From Calcarisporiella thermophila CBS 279.70 (lineage: Eukaryota; Fungi; Calcarisporiellomycota), in the NCBI RefSeq assembly GCF_041956535.1, contig NW_027192199.1, forward strand, positions 310,001 through 374,000: a stretch of 64,000 bases of DNA, written 5' to 3'. Positions 37,599-50,329 of this stretch are shown in pieces (within the stretch, counting starts at the first letter, position 1; each line of letters begins with the position of its first letter). The notes under the pieces are model-generated. The model was not told the origin of the DNA and ran no database searches. It saw nothing but the letters and a program-made list of their open reading frames with translations. The position numbers and the translations under genes are program-made.

Positions 37599-40500
37599 TT
37601 AATTTTGCAATAACAATATATTGCTCTCTAGTACTTGCCGTTCTTCTTCAAGTGCTGCATGTCGCCTACGGTCCTTTGCTTTGGCTTCCTCAGGAACACG
37701 ACTTTCATACTCTTCACGCGACATCCGCAGTTTCAGTCTTTCGATATCTTGGTTCACCTTCTCGAGTTTACGGGAAAGCTGAGAGAGAGAAAGATTTGAC
37801 TGGGGGGTGGGAGTGGCAGGGAGGAAGATCTTGAGATTGGGTGCAACAGAATAGGATGCCGATGTTTTGATGATTTGAGAAAGTGCAGGATCAACGCTTA
37901 GATCCTGGATGGGTCATGTTTGCGAATGAGTAACGAGTATTGAACGAGTTTTAAATGAAGACATACCTCTTTGGATACAATTTGGAAATCTGCTCTTGTA
38001 AATGCTCGAATCTCCTCCAGATAGAGTCGCAATAAATTACGAGTCTCCTTATCTGAGGCTTCTACGATGAAGCTCGGATTTTTGGAAGGGCGGAGGCGTT
38101 GTCTTAACGATCTTGATCCGCGTATAACTCCGAGGATTGTCTATATAGCTCGTTAGCAGATTTAGATTAATTTATTAAGTATACATCAGGTTTCAATCAT
38201 GCCAGCCTACCGCCATATCGCTCTCAATTTGTGAGTCTCGACATCGCCTATAGTCATCAGGATTGGGGTATTCGGACACCATTATTGAAGGCGGAGACGC
38301 CCTTTTCTTAATCTCGGCATATTGTTGCAAATGTTGCCATAGTTCTTCGGTAACGAATGGTGCAAATGGGTGAGCTAATCTCAAACTGGTATCCAAGCAA
38401 TGGCCCAATATCTCCAGTGTCTCATTTCTTAATTCTTGCGTCCCTTCTTGGTTATCGTACAAAACGGTTTTGCTGAGCTCAACGTAAACATCACATAAAT
38501 CCCCGACCACAAATTGTCTAATCGCTTCGGTTCCTTCATGAAGTTTGTGGGTAACAAAAGCCGTATCACATTTCGTCACTGTATCTTCAAGTCTCGAGAG
38601 GATGTATCGATTTGCAAGAGTAGTTGGAAGAGGAGGGGAGCTGGGGTTATAGGTGGTAGGGGAAGTCGTTGAGGAAAGATGATGCAGCGCAAATTTAACA
38701 ACATTCCAAAGTTTGTTACAGAAGTGGCGGGTCGATATAACGTTCGAGATATCCATATTGATTTGACGATTCTTAAAAAACGATCATCGTTGAAAGGTGA
38801 ATCATCCTCTTGTTAAGTGGTAATTGCAATTTAAACTCACCTGCTGGGTATAGGATACTAATGAAAATCTGAGCGCATCGGCTCCACACGTTTTGATTCC
38901 ATCGGGAAACTCGTTCTCAAGTAAGGCAATACTTCTGTACTCATATTTGGATATAAGTATTCATCTTTTATCAAAACAGTCATTACATTGATCATTATAT
39001 ACCGGGCGACTTCTGAACTCGCTAAATTTCCACTTATCACACCCTCTTTCAACCTCTCCAGAGTTACTCCTTCAATGACATGCAGGGGATCAATCACATT
39101 TCCCAGTGATTTGGACATCTTTCTGCCTTGTGCATCTCTCACCTATTATCCGATAGTTGAAATAGTTAGAAAACTAACACACCAGGGACTCCATCAGAAA
39201 TTATGTTGTACCATCGCGTGCAATAAGATATCTTTGAAGGGCACATGTCCCCCAAAATGTGTGCACAACATCACCATCCTTGCCACCCAAAAGAATAAAA
39301 TATCCGTGCCTGTTTCTATTAATGTTGTTGGATAGTGGGTAGGAATTTTGGAGCTCTCTTTGCCGTTCCATCCAAGAGCCGAGAGGGGAAGTAGTGCTGA
39401 CGAGAACCAGGTATCGAGAACGTCTTCATCCTGAGCTAACTCTACACTAGCTGAGCTTATGTTTTTGGTAGAGCAGAAATCATGCGCGAGAGAACGAGCT
39501 TCTTCTATTGAAGCCGCAGCTATCCAGCTTTCCTTTTCTACTAAGAAAATGCTTCTGTTAAAACCTTTCCAGCCATGAATAAAACCCTTAAGCTACTCAA
39601 CTGGAGCCATCCTTCCATTTAATACGATAGGCAGGGATCCGATGACCCCACCACAACTGTCTCGAAATACACCAATCTTGGATATTGTCTACAAAGCAGC
39701 CGCCAGATCAATATTTATTTGAATTATGACGGCTAACTCAAAAAAGAAAACCGTTTACCTAACCATCGCCTCCACTCTTCTTTATGCAAAGAATGCATTC
39801 CTATTTCTCCCATCTCCACGGCCTCTAGTGCTCGCTTTGCTAACTTACTACATCGAACATACCATTGCGGTTGTACCATCGGCTCGATCACGTCTCCAGT
39901 GCGAGAACACCGTGCAATTCGCATGGTGTGGGAATCCTGTCCTCGGTATACTCCTGCGTCCCTCAAGCGTCGTATTATATCTTCACGGACATCAAATCTG
40001 TCCATTCCCTATGCAATAAAATATTTAGTTTAATTGCGCAGAAATGAGTACTACAATTTGATGGGTGATACCTCATATTCCGGAACACCGCAGTTTTTCA
40101 ATTCCCCTCTCCTGCCAAGGATCCCCTCCACAGTCAAACCGTGCCTCCTTCCACATGAATAGTCATTGGGGTCATGAGCAGGGGTGACTTTGACCGCCCC
40201 CGTTCCAAACTCCATATCAACTAGATCAGCATCGCAAATGATCGGTATAGTTTTACCCAGCACAGGATGAATCACAGATTTTCCATGTAGCTCAATGTAG
40301 CGTGGATCATCAGGATGAATCGCAACGGCACAATCGCCCAGCATAGTCTCAATACGTGTAGTAGAGACTACAAGTTCTTTGTGCGAGGGAGTGGGTGTAG
40401 ATAAAGGGTATGCGAACTTGTGCAGAACCCCGAACTCAACTCTAGAAAAATTGAAAAAATATAAATCAGCAAGACAAACTCCAAATACGAAGAGGATGGG

Positions 40501-41602
40501 TTATTTACGGTTTATTTCTTCCCACAAGCTGTAGCATAGTGCGCCCCGTAACTGTTTCGTAATCGACTTCAATATCTGATAGAGCGGTTTGTAATGCACA
40601 GCACCAATTCACAAGCCTCGTATCACGGTATATCAATCCTTCATTAAACAAGCGAATGAATGCATGCGTAACTGCTTCAGAGCGCTGTGCGTCCATGGTA
40701 AAGAAGAGTTTTTCCCAATCCAGCGACGCTCCTAACCGGTGCTAATAACGTTGAGGGATTGAAAAATATGAGAATATGTATAGAGGGTTGTAGAGTCACA
40801 AGCCCGTATCTATTACCAGCTGATATATGATTCTATCCCCATGTTTTTCTTTCCATTTCCACACCTCTTTAACAAATGCATCTCTTCCGATGTCAAGTCG
40901 AGTTACCTTTTTACAGACTAAAAGTTAATACCCATGAAAATTACCAGCGATTTTCTTCGGCCTAACCTGTCGAGATTTCATGAGTGACCGCTCCACCACA
41001 GTCTGGGTAGCAATCCCAGCATGATCTGTTCCAGGGATCCAAGAAACCGTATGTCCAGACATTCGATGCCAGCGAGCAATCGCATCCTAGATAATGCAAA
41101 AAAGTTGGAGCAGGTAAAAAAAATGAAATATAAAAAGCATTATTGAAAATTCACCTGAATGCTTGCAGTTAGAGCATGTCCAATGTGCAGATCTCCTGTG
41201 ACATTAGGGGGAGGAAGAAGCATAGTGAAAGGCTCTTTTGAGATTCTGGAACCATATTCAGCGCTACTCGAAGAAAAAAATCCTGTAGAGGAAAATTCGT
41301 AAGCAGAAGATAATTTTGCTTAATATAGGGAGGTTAATGTGCCTTTTTGCTTCCACCAATCCTGCCAATCGCTTTCAACGACCTACACAGTTAAATAAAG
41401 CGAACATTTATTGAATTATACCTTTGGAATCCCATTAGAATTTCCATACCTTTGGATCGTAAGCCGGAAGAAACTCGTGCGTTGGCTTTGAAACACTCTC
41501 CTTATTTACTGCAGTTGATAGACATATCCTGTCCGTAATTATTAAATGTCTATGTCTCCACCAACTTGTACTGGGTCTTTTGAATCCTCTCGTCCTTAAC
41601 AT
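37599..41602 (-). CDS. Valyl-tRNA synthetase, probably mitochondrial; many introns
   Basis: [70 protein letters not shown] and FCNKLWN; Arg-rich N-terminus [11 protein letters not shown]. Confidence 0.95.
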
Positions 41603-41752
41603 GACTCTGTCAAAAATAACAATATACTCGAGTATCTTTTGATAATTTATGTGACTGTTACATATTTCAGAAAACGACTTCGTCCTTCAACCCGGTTGAA
41701 CCATCGCCACCATTTTCACACCGTGTTTTCTTAGCTTAATGTTGCTATAGGA

Positions 41753-42642
41753 ATGAACCCTGAAGAAGATCGCGTCCATATATTAAGTACAGATGAGTTC
41801 AATCCAAGGTATATTATCCTTAATTTCCTTTCCATCTAAATTAACGGGTATTCCACCATTTTACAAAGCGTACAATCTGGTCTACGCGCAACCTCAATGA
41901 CACAGCATCGCCTCACTCGGGCTGAAGCACTTAAAGGTTTTGCAAACCGTATAATCTATTCACGATTTTATACGTTTTTTTATCTGGGATTGGCAATCCT
42001 CAGCTTGATAAGTTTGGTGTTGTCCTTCGTGGAGCATTGGTATCAACGAATTCATTCATGTTTAGATGAAAAAGCAATTGAACATTTTGTATTTTTTTGA
42101 ATAGTGCAACAATATGGTTCATAATTCTTGAAGTAGTCATCAATACCGCCCTTATTGCCGAAGTTGGGATCCGATGGTTGGCACTTGGCAGGGTATTGTA
42201 TTCCTTCATCTCGTTTCATATTCAAATTGTATTCATGTTTGGAAACAGGCATATTGGAAATCTATCTACAACGTATTGGACGTGCTTGTTGTCGCTGTTT
42301 GTGCCATTACGGTCATTGTCCTTATTACCTCGGATTGCTCAACAGAGAGTCGAGAAGAGGAGATGTTTGATATCGTGCTTCTCATAATTCGGAATGCAGT
42401 GCAGTTCGTCCGCCTGGCAATTATGTTAAGAAAGTAAGCTAATGGGGAATTTTTGCTATTGCTCCTAGCATTTCCCGGATGGGTAAGCTAACAACTCTAA
42501 ACTCAACGAAAGGAATAAGCGAAATATCGAAGCCAGAAATGCAACGATTGATTTTACTGATTTACGTGGTCCTAGCATCGAAGTGGAGACTCTAGGGGGA
42601 GACTATTTACTAGCGGAAGAAAGTGATGATGAAGTGATTTGA
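41753..42642 (+). CDS. Small 4-TM Ion_trans/voltage-sensor-like protein without a pore domain, 5 exons
   Basis: S1-S4-like helices; ILEVVINTALIAEVGIRWLALGR-AYWKSIYNVLDVLVV (S2-S3 signature); S4-like IRNAVQFVRLAIMLRK; acidic tail. Confidence 0.75.
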
Positions 42643-43031
42643 ACGTGATTCGAACTTTCCTATTTTCTCTCGTTTCTACTGTATAATATGCCTCGCTACT
42701 TGGTTTTTGTTTCAAAACTTTGAATAGAATTTTCCGATTCCAATCAATTTCTCATACCCATACAATACAAGTTCAAAAATTCCATATACACAATGAAATA
42801 AGTACGCACTGCCAGGAAATATATAAATAAATACAATAAATAGTATTAAAAAAAATGGCGCTTGCCCAGTCAAATAAATATAGTCAATATATATACAATA
42901 TGTACACAATGGACGAAATATAACACGTTCGCTTAAAGAGTAGAGCCTGCCTATCTCTAGGAGAAACCTTACAAATATACCCAGCGGACAGAATGAATCA
43001 GTACACTTAATAACGGCGCATTACGCGTGGA

Positions 43032-43360
43032 CTACTTCAACGGTTCATTCAGTCCGACTGACTCCAAAGTTTCGGGCGCTACAGTGACTTCGCTATTCCT
43101 GGCGAAGAATCTGCGCTTCTCTGCCCCCATGTTGAAGCAACAGACCTGCCCAACAGCTAAACCAACAGTCAAGGACTTGATAAAGGTAAAAGCATTATTT
43201 TAAGCATAGTGTACTCACGACAATTCTGTCGTCCATAGTTGCTCCCCCTGTTCGCGTCGCATTCCTCTAGAGCTACGCAATCACAATTAATAGAGAGATA
43301 ATATGCTCTCGCTAGTGGCACCGTAAGAAGCATAAGTACAAGCGAGAATCGCGTGTTCAT
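43032..43360 (-). CDS. Small secreted 6-Cys peptide precursor (defensin-like) with a C-terminal propeptide; intron about 43157-43218
   Basis: MNTRFSLVLMLLTVPLARA-YYLSINCDCVALEECDANRGSNYGRQNC-PVGQVCCFNMGAE-KRR-FFARNSEV...LK-stop; TATAAA about 85 nt upstream. Confidence 0.75.
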
Positions 43361-44615
43361 TCTTATGAGAAACAGGATGGTTGAAATAATAAATGAGAAG
43401 CGACTACAATAATAACGTGTGGAGAAATGTTTGTAGGGGGGTTTATATAATCTCGCAGAGTCATAGGCATCCTTTGAGAAGTGGCCGATCCTAGTCCCAC
43501 CATTCCTTGCCCATAGCACCTGCGGACCAATCTATGGCTTCGGAAACGGTGCTCCTGAATCCCCGGGGAAAACTTGTGATTTTGTTTTTTTCCCATCTTA
43601 AAGAAAACCCCGGCTTCCTGAACAAGTTGTATTTTTCTGAGGGTCAGATGACCTCCGTAGCGCCATCGTTCGCAGTGTTTCGCTGTTCAAATGACGCATT
43701 TTCACTATTGTTCCTTTTTCTTAGGCCAATGTTATTAACAAGGGATTAGAATGGGAAAAAGAGACGTGAATAAGAGAAATACCGCAATTGATATAACCTT
43801 TAACCCTATTTTTCGTATGTTAAAATGATTAAGTGGATTATGGTCGCAAACGTTTGATTCCAGAGGAAAGTTCGATGGGAACAACCTCATTATTCTCTCG
43901 ATTTAACATAACCCGCTTAATAAAGACGGCGTTCTCTTTTATCGGTAGTAATACAACTGTGGCATCGAAAAGAACAAATATAAACCCAAAATAGGAAATT
44001 TCGTAGAATCCCTGTAATATGCCCTGGCAATATTGGAACTGTATACTCTTGTTTCGGAGAATGCTTTCACGGGATAATAAATAAAAAAACTCTTGTATCA
44101 AAAACACCCTTGTGTTGCGAGTAGTTCTTGGGTGTGATTTTGTATGTGGTATGAGCAATGATTTATTGCACATGATATCAGAGCAAACAAAAGGCTTCTT
44201 TAACTTCCTCTGTGGCTGGGAAAAATATCACTAATGGTTAACTGAACTCCGCATTTAATTATACCCGACTTAAAGAAAGACAAGAGCTAGAAACCTTACG
44301 AAGCAGATGGTTTTAGGAAGGGTGAGGTGAGTGAATGGACTGCTAGACCCAAAATGAAGCTAGATAATACTATTACTTTTTCCTTTATCCCTTTCTTTGT
44401 TTTCTACTTATTGACTATTTAATTTCCATTATTACTTCTTCACTTTATCCAGCAAGTTTTATCTTTCCCGCATTCATAAATCAATATGTTTCTTTTCTAC
44501 CCTAAACACTTTAATAAAAAATCCATCGTATTTCATTTACTTAGAATTCTTCAGTTCACAAAATATTAAATAAAAGATATTCAAGAAAAGAAGAATAAAT
44601 AAAATTTGATCGAGG

Positions 44616-45506
44616 TTATTTCCTACCAAGGATAAAGTAGCCATATCCTTTCACTTCACCCTCTTTAAGTGCAATTTCCTCTTGCTGCAAGAATTTTTTG
44701 AGCAATTCCACAATGAATGGGCTCTCTTCATCGCCCTTTAAAGCAACTTGGAAGAGAAAATGGTTCCAAAATGGAAAGTTTTCCTTGACCTCAACTTCTC
44801 TGAAAACTTTTTGTACTGCGCGGATCATATCCTCTTTAGTATGCAGAGGCGGTTCGTGTTTGCGCAAGACGAGATTAGCCCATCGCTCTTGGGGAGTAAA
44901 TGGAGCTGCAGAAGACGATATGGGGGTGTCCCTGTCTTTAGAGATATCTATGACATTAGCGGCAGCAAGAAGATCAACGCGGTCGTAATAGAACCGCGCA
45001 GTGGGAGAGTCCAGTGGAATGCGTTCGAAATCTTCTGCCAGTAGAATGCCATTATTTCTAAGGAAGCTATGAGCATGTAGAACAGCCTAATATTAGAATG
45101 AACGAAATGGATTTCCATTAGAATTTGCCTGATCAAAATTACTCTACAAAATTTGCAGATACTCTACCTCTTCTAATGGGAATAGATGATGTAATGATAA
45201 TTGCATTACCACCACGTCGAAACTCTGTTTTTCCCCAGAATACTTTAAGAAATCATCGTTCAAAATTTCGATTCCATTGGTATCGTCAATCTTCGCTTTC
45301 AAAATCGAAATGGATTTGGGATTTGGATCAATTGCAACCAGTGTTGAGCCAGGTCGCTCGACAAAAACGTTTTGTAATAACGCACGAGCTAATTGTCCTT
45401 GACCGCATCCAACATCGAGAATGCGAATTGGAGCAGGAGCGGGGGGAAGTAGAGGGGCTAAGAAATTGATGAAGTATTTATTGCGTACGGTTGCGAGATT
45501 CTCCAT
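44616..45506 (-). CDS. Class I SAM-dependent methyltransferase, 2 exons
   Basis: RILDVGCGQG, LVAID, SFDVVVMQLSLHH and LRNNGILLAEDF. Confidence 0.85.
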
Positions 45507-46381
45507 GATTGTAGCAAGAGTGGTCTTTACAAGAGACTATAAAGTATTTCTTTACAGAACAGGTGTTATTTTATTCCTAGGAATCAAGAGAACATTGGGT
45601 CTTTATATACGGCGGGTTAGTAAGCCGATCCGCTTCCGACTTATCAGATGAGATTAAAGATAGTGGAATTGGATACAACGCGCATAACACGTCATGTCGC
45701 ACCCTGCGGAGCGCCGTCTAGCCATAATGAGTCATTTTTACCTATTAAATATGACCCTTCTCTTTATAGGTTTCTTGTTTTATATCATTTTCTCACCTAT
45801 TTGTTGTATACAAGAAGTTGAGTATATATTATATTTTTCCTTACGTTTACGCTAATTCTACTCGCTACGATTCGTTACACAGGACTGGTTTGATCCAAGG
45901 TCAATGAGGATGGTCAGGTCAAAGGAATGAAATCACTAGTTAAAGGTTAAAGGGGTTGCATAATTTGTTAATAAAATACGCAATATCTCCATTGTTAAAT
46001 GCTGCAATATAATCTTTCAAGCATTGAATTTTCTACCAACGACTACTAGCTAAAGTTAAATCGTCTCCTGTGGACCAGCTTACTCATCCCTTCTAATGAT
46101 TCAGGAGACTCTCTCCACTTATATGGGATTGGCCAGCTTTCAATCCTAAATGCATGGTGAAAGTTGCCCCATGGCTAAGAAACTCACTAATTTTCAGGTG
46201 TAATAACAGAATTCCTAGTGTTATAACAATCATATGTGCGTCTTGGAATTTTGCAATAAATGTCAGACAATCCTTATGTTCAAGAGTCTATATTTAATTA
46301 AAAAATTGCTCTTTAAGAAATAATCACAGTGTGTACCCAGTCTGGTGGAAAAAATTTTGAGCGCAAATAATGGGCGCTAGC

Positions 46382-49300
46382 CTATGAAAAGTTTACAACC
46401 GGGAACCAAGGGTGATACTTGAACTCGAAACATACTTTCTTGGATTTTTCTGTATCAGAAGAGTCTGACTTAGAGAGCTCAGATAGTATCTGCTGGAGAT
46501 TGATATTGTTGGCAATCGCAGTGCGAGTCATGGAGCGAACATCCTAAATGGTATGCGAACACCAGTATGTTATTCAGTGAATAAAACAAATGGTGCGAAA
46601 GACACTTACATTTACAAAATCTTCATTGCACAGCTCCGTGCGAGTTGCTTCAGCATTCATTGCATTAAGGTTATCAAGCACAGCGCGTGCATCCTTGAAG
46701 TCGTGATCGGCTGATTTTAGAATACCTTCCGGAAGAACCTTCGTCTAGAAAATAGTGAAGAATAATTATTTCTAATGCTTTCGATATAATAACAGCAGAA
46801 AAGAAAAAATAACATACGTCGGCACCATCCAATTCAATTAGCTTGCGATAGTCCTGATACGAAAGAGGAGGGGGACTTGAAAGCATAGAGAACATTCGGA
46901 ACCGGTGCAAAAATCGGATGGATTCGTCATCAAAGTCAGGGCTTGGACGTCTGAGTTTTCCAGCCTGGTCTAAGGAAATAATAATCTACGAGAAAAGTGA
47001 ATACGTAAATGCTTGCATTCATAACTCGTCACGGTAAAAGAGCCCCTACTTTGTATATTCCTCGGGACAAATTTTGCCGAGCAGAAGTCATAAGTGCAAT
47101 TGACCGCAAATACGCTAGTGAAGGAGAGGGGGAATTCCCGTGGGAGCTAACAGTAGGCATGGATTTTTGTTTCTTCTTCGATTTCTTTAATGCTAAAAAG
47201 GAGGGGAAATATGTTTTATGAGGCGAATGAAATAGAACATTCATGAGCAAAAACAATACTTTTAATCGTGTTTGGCCGCAAAGATAAGACATTAGCAGTG
47301 CGTTCAATATGTTGCAGATGAACTCCTAAAATATAATCCAAATACCTACGAACAAGAAAAAAGAAGTGTTAAGTACTTGTATAGATTATCTGCTATTTCC
47401 GATTACTAAAATTGGAAATAAAATAAAATACCAATAAATCATTGTATACTCGTGCAAGGCATAAAGCTCTAGCTCAAAACCCAGATAGAGAATCTCTTGC
47501 ATGATCCGCAGTTTCTCATGATAAAACCAGGATGAAATATAATATGGGTATAACTGACTGCCCTAAATTGTATGAATAGAGCAAGTAAATACTGGATTGA
47601 AAGGAGAGAGAAGATTGAGGTCAAACTGTAATACATTTAACATAACAGGACCACACTCTTGAAATGTATTTTGAAAATTGCTATCGATTTGTTCCGCCTA
47701 AGAAGGTAAAAATGTGAGCAGCAAATATATTATTGTTTCTTTTTGTGATCGTGATGATACCTCCTCTTGGCAGCACTCGAAATCTGGGAGTATTTTGCGT
47801 AAAATACGCCGTTGACGTGCTCGATTATGGCACATTATTTTGAACCTATCAGCATAAGGCTACATAGGAAATCGTTTTTAGTGTGGATGTAACGAATGGG
47901 CCTCAAGAAAAAGGCAAGACGCTACCCGAGATGCTCGTTCTAGGAAATCGGCAAGCAATTTGGTGGTTTCCAGTTGTTCTGGTTTATCTGAGGATATTTC
48001 AAACATTGCTTTTGGTGGGTCAAAAAATTCTGAAATTGAATCCCGAAGAAGATGGGAAAGGGGAAGCGTATTAAAAATGCGCTGATCCGGGCAAAAGATG
48101 GACTAAAGAAATTACAATTAATCTTCTAAAGACTTCACCTAATTCAAAGATATGAGGCAACCCACGTTTAGCTTGGAACGAGAAAATGGGCAAGGGTAAG
48201 GCTTTTGTGAGGCGAAGTAGCTGAAGAAATTCTACAGTAATATAAGAAGTCAAGGTGGTGATAATTAATACAGAGTTACAAAAAAGTTACCATGAGGGAA
48301 TTGCAGGATTTGTATTCGACTACCCCGCAGATCTTAACTAAGCGCTGAAGTGTGCACGTAAGGAACTCGTAAGCCTACCCAAGTCCGCAAGAGTTAGATA
48401 ACAGGAGGGGATGGGGAGCAATGTAAATAGCGAGAATCACCTCTTCGGTTGTATGGAGGGTTACAGGACGCGGAGGAGCCTGTGCTGCAAGTTTTCGATG
48501 GATTGTTGAGTCGAAGGCTGATAAGTAGAATTACTTGATAAGTACGTCGGAGTGTAAAAGGTACGAAGCTCACATACCGCTCTGTAATTCGGTAGTGGGG
48601 ATGATTGATATCCGAATTTTTTCCATGCACTCCAAGGTGGTGAGAAGAGACTCTTTGGTCCTTGCCGGCACCATAAACGGCTCTGCCGAGAGATAAGTTA
48701 AGGCAAGTAGGAAGGACTTAATAGAAAGAAGAAGTTAGTAATTTTAAGTGGGTAAATTTTCTTGATTTACAAATAATAAATACTTTGCGCATTTGAATAC
48801 GATTTATTAGCGCTTCAAACGCATTGATCTCTTTCTCATCTCCTTCAATATAGGAAAAGCTTCGTCAGTAATCTGCTAGTACTCATATGAGAGGTGAGAG
48901 AATGAAAACAAACCTTCGTACAGGCGCAGTATCTCCACTCTTCCTGGTCCAACTGACCAGTTGTATGCGTCATCAAGCAGATTGATTACAGTCGACCCGA
49001 GTATATGTTCAGAAAAGGACAATCCCTGTTTGTTTGTTGTGAAATCTTCTTCCTAGAAATTCGCTTTTGTATTCAATAATAGGGAAGCTGCGACATTCAT
49101 ATAAATGCATAAATACCTCATAGATGTTTCCTTTTGTCATCTCCACCCATATGGCTTGGGAGCATTTCAACACGCCTAGCACATATGCCTTCAGTGTCAG
49201 CCAAACCAGTTGTGGCGGAGGGGTGTTACTGGTGGCAACTTGTTCCTCGTCGCCCGAAAAATTGGTTAAGGGTGGTCGAACGGATTGGTCGGTTAGCTCC

Positions 49301-50006
49301 ACAACATGGTGGGTGTAGAGACAAGTGAAAATGGTCTGAGAGAGAGGCTGTCCTGCAAGCCATGTTGTCTAATATCTCGGATAGAGAGGAGAGTTTAAGC
49401 AATAAGCATAAGAAATGTTCGAGTAGCTTTAAAATATATACCTCACAGGCGGTCAACTTATCTACAACAAAGAGAACCTGGCTAGGGGTTAATAGCTCAA
49501 ATGGGTTGAAAGGTTCTTTCTCGGAATCCGTTTTCAACACCATCCCACTATCCATTTTCGGGTCCATTATCTAAGGCCAACGTAGAAAATGTTAAAAGTC
49601 CCAAAAGTATCAAGCCTAACATTCTGAAATCCGGAATGGTTATTACTTCGATAGCGCTCATTGCTTCGAATAAACTAAACGAGGGAGGATGTATCAGCTG
49701 GCCAACTCCGAATTCTACGGCCATTCATCTTAGAAATGTGCAAATAAACAAAGAACATCTAACTCTCTTAAATACCTTGCGTGACTTCATCCAGAAATGC
49801 TGTGATGTCCTTCCATACTGGCTGATAGCATGTGCTCTCTTCACGCCATGAATTTGGTGGGGATACTGGTGACGAAACTCTAAGGTTCAGCTGTGAAAGT
49901 GCACCTATTGGAAAGATAATTTACAGAAGTAATTTTAATTTATATGAATTCCCTATTCTCTTCACGTATATACTCTAGCTATGAGATAATTTACTTTGCA
50001 CTCCAT
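46382..50006 (-). CDS. MAK10: NatC N-acetyltransferase auxiliary subunit Mak10/Naa35; many introns
   Basis: FSLFEAMSAIE-IMDPKMDSGM, TWLAGQPLSQTIFTCLY, GNIYEEEDF, CHNRARQRR, GFELELYALHEY and FKYHPWFPVV. Confidence 0.92.
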
Positions 50007-50329
50007 TTGTCGATCCCCCTGTAGTGTCATATTGTTCTCTGGTGAAGATGGAGAGGGAAAAAAAAACAGACGATTAATAATAGCAAATAAAAACAAGAGA
50101 GTATAATCCGAATGTACAAATGACAATTACCCTGTATCCCTCGCGTCTGTCATGATCCTCAAGGTCAATATCTCTTTCGGCCGAAATCGATATTGGGGAA
50201 GCAAGGAAACTTAATACACGATTAATACCACCTTGCGTCATAAGCCACAGAGTAGTCACCTCATAGAGCGTGACCGGAAAATAATTGCCTAGTAAACACT
50301 TCGGTTTGACTGCTGGCCACCGCGACAGA

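Noticed and set aside
26275-41602. Two aminoacyl-tRNA synthetases within 15 kb as a resistance or biosynthetic cluster
   Set aside because: Both look like ordinary housekeeping enzymes and no biosynthetic genes lie between them.
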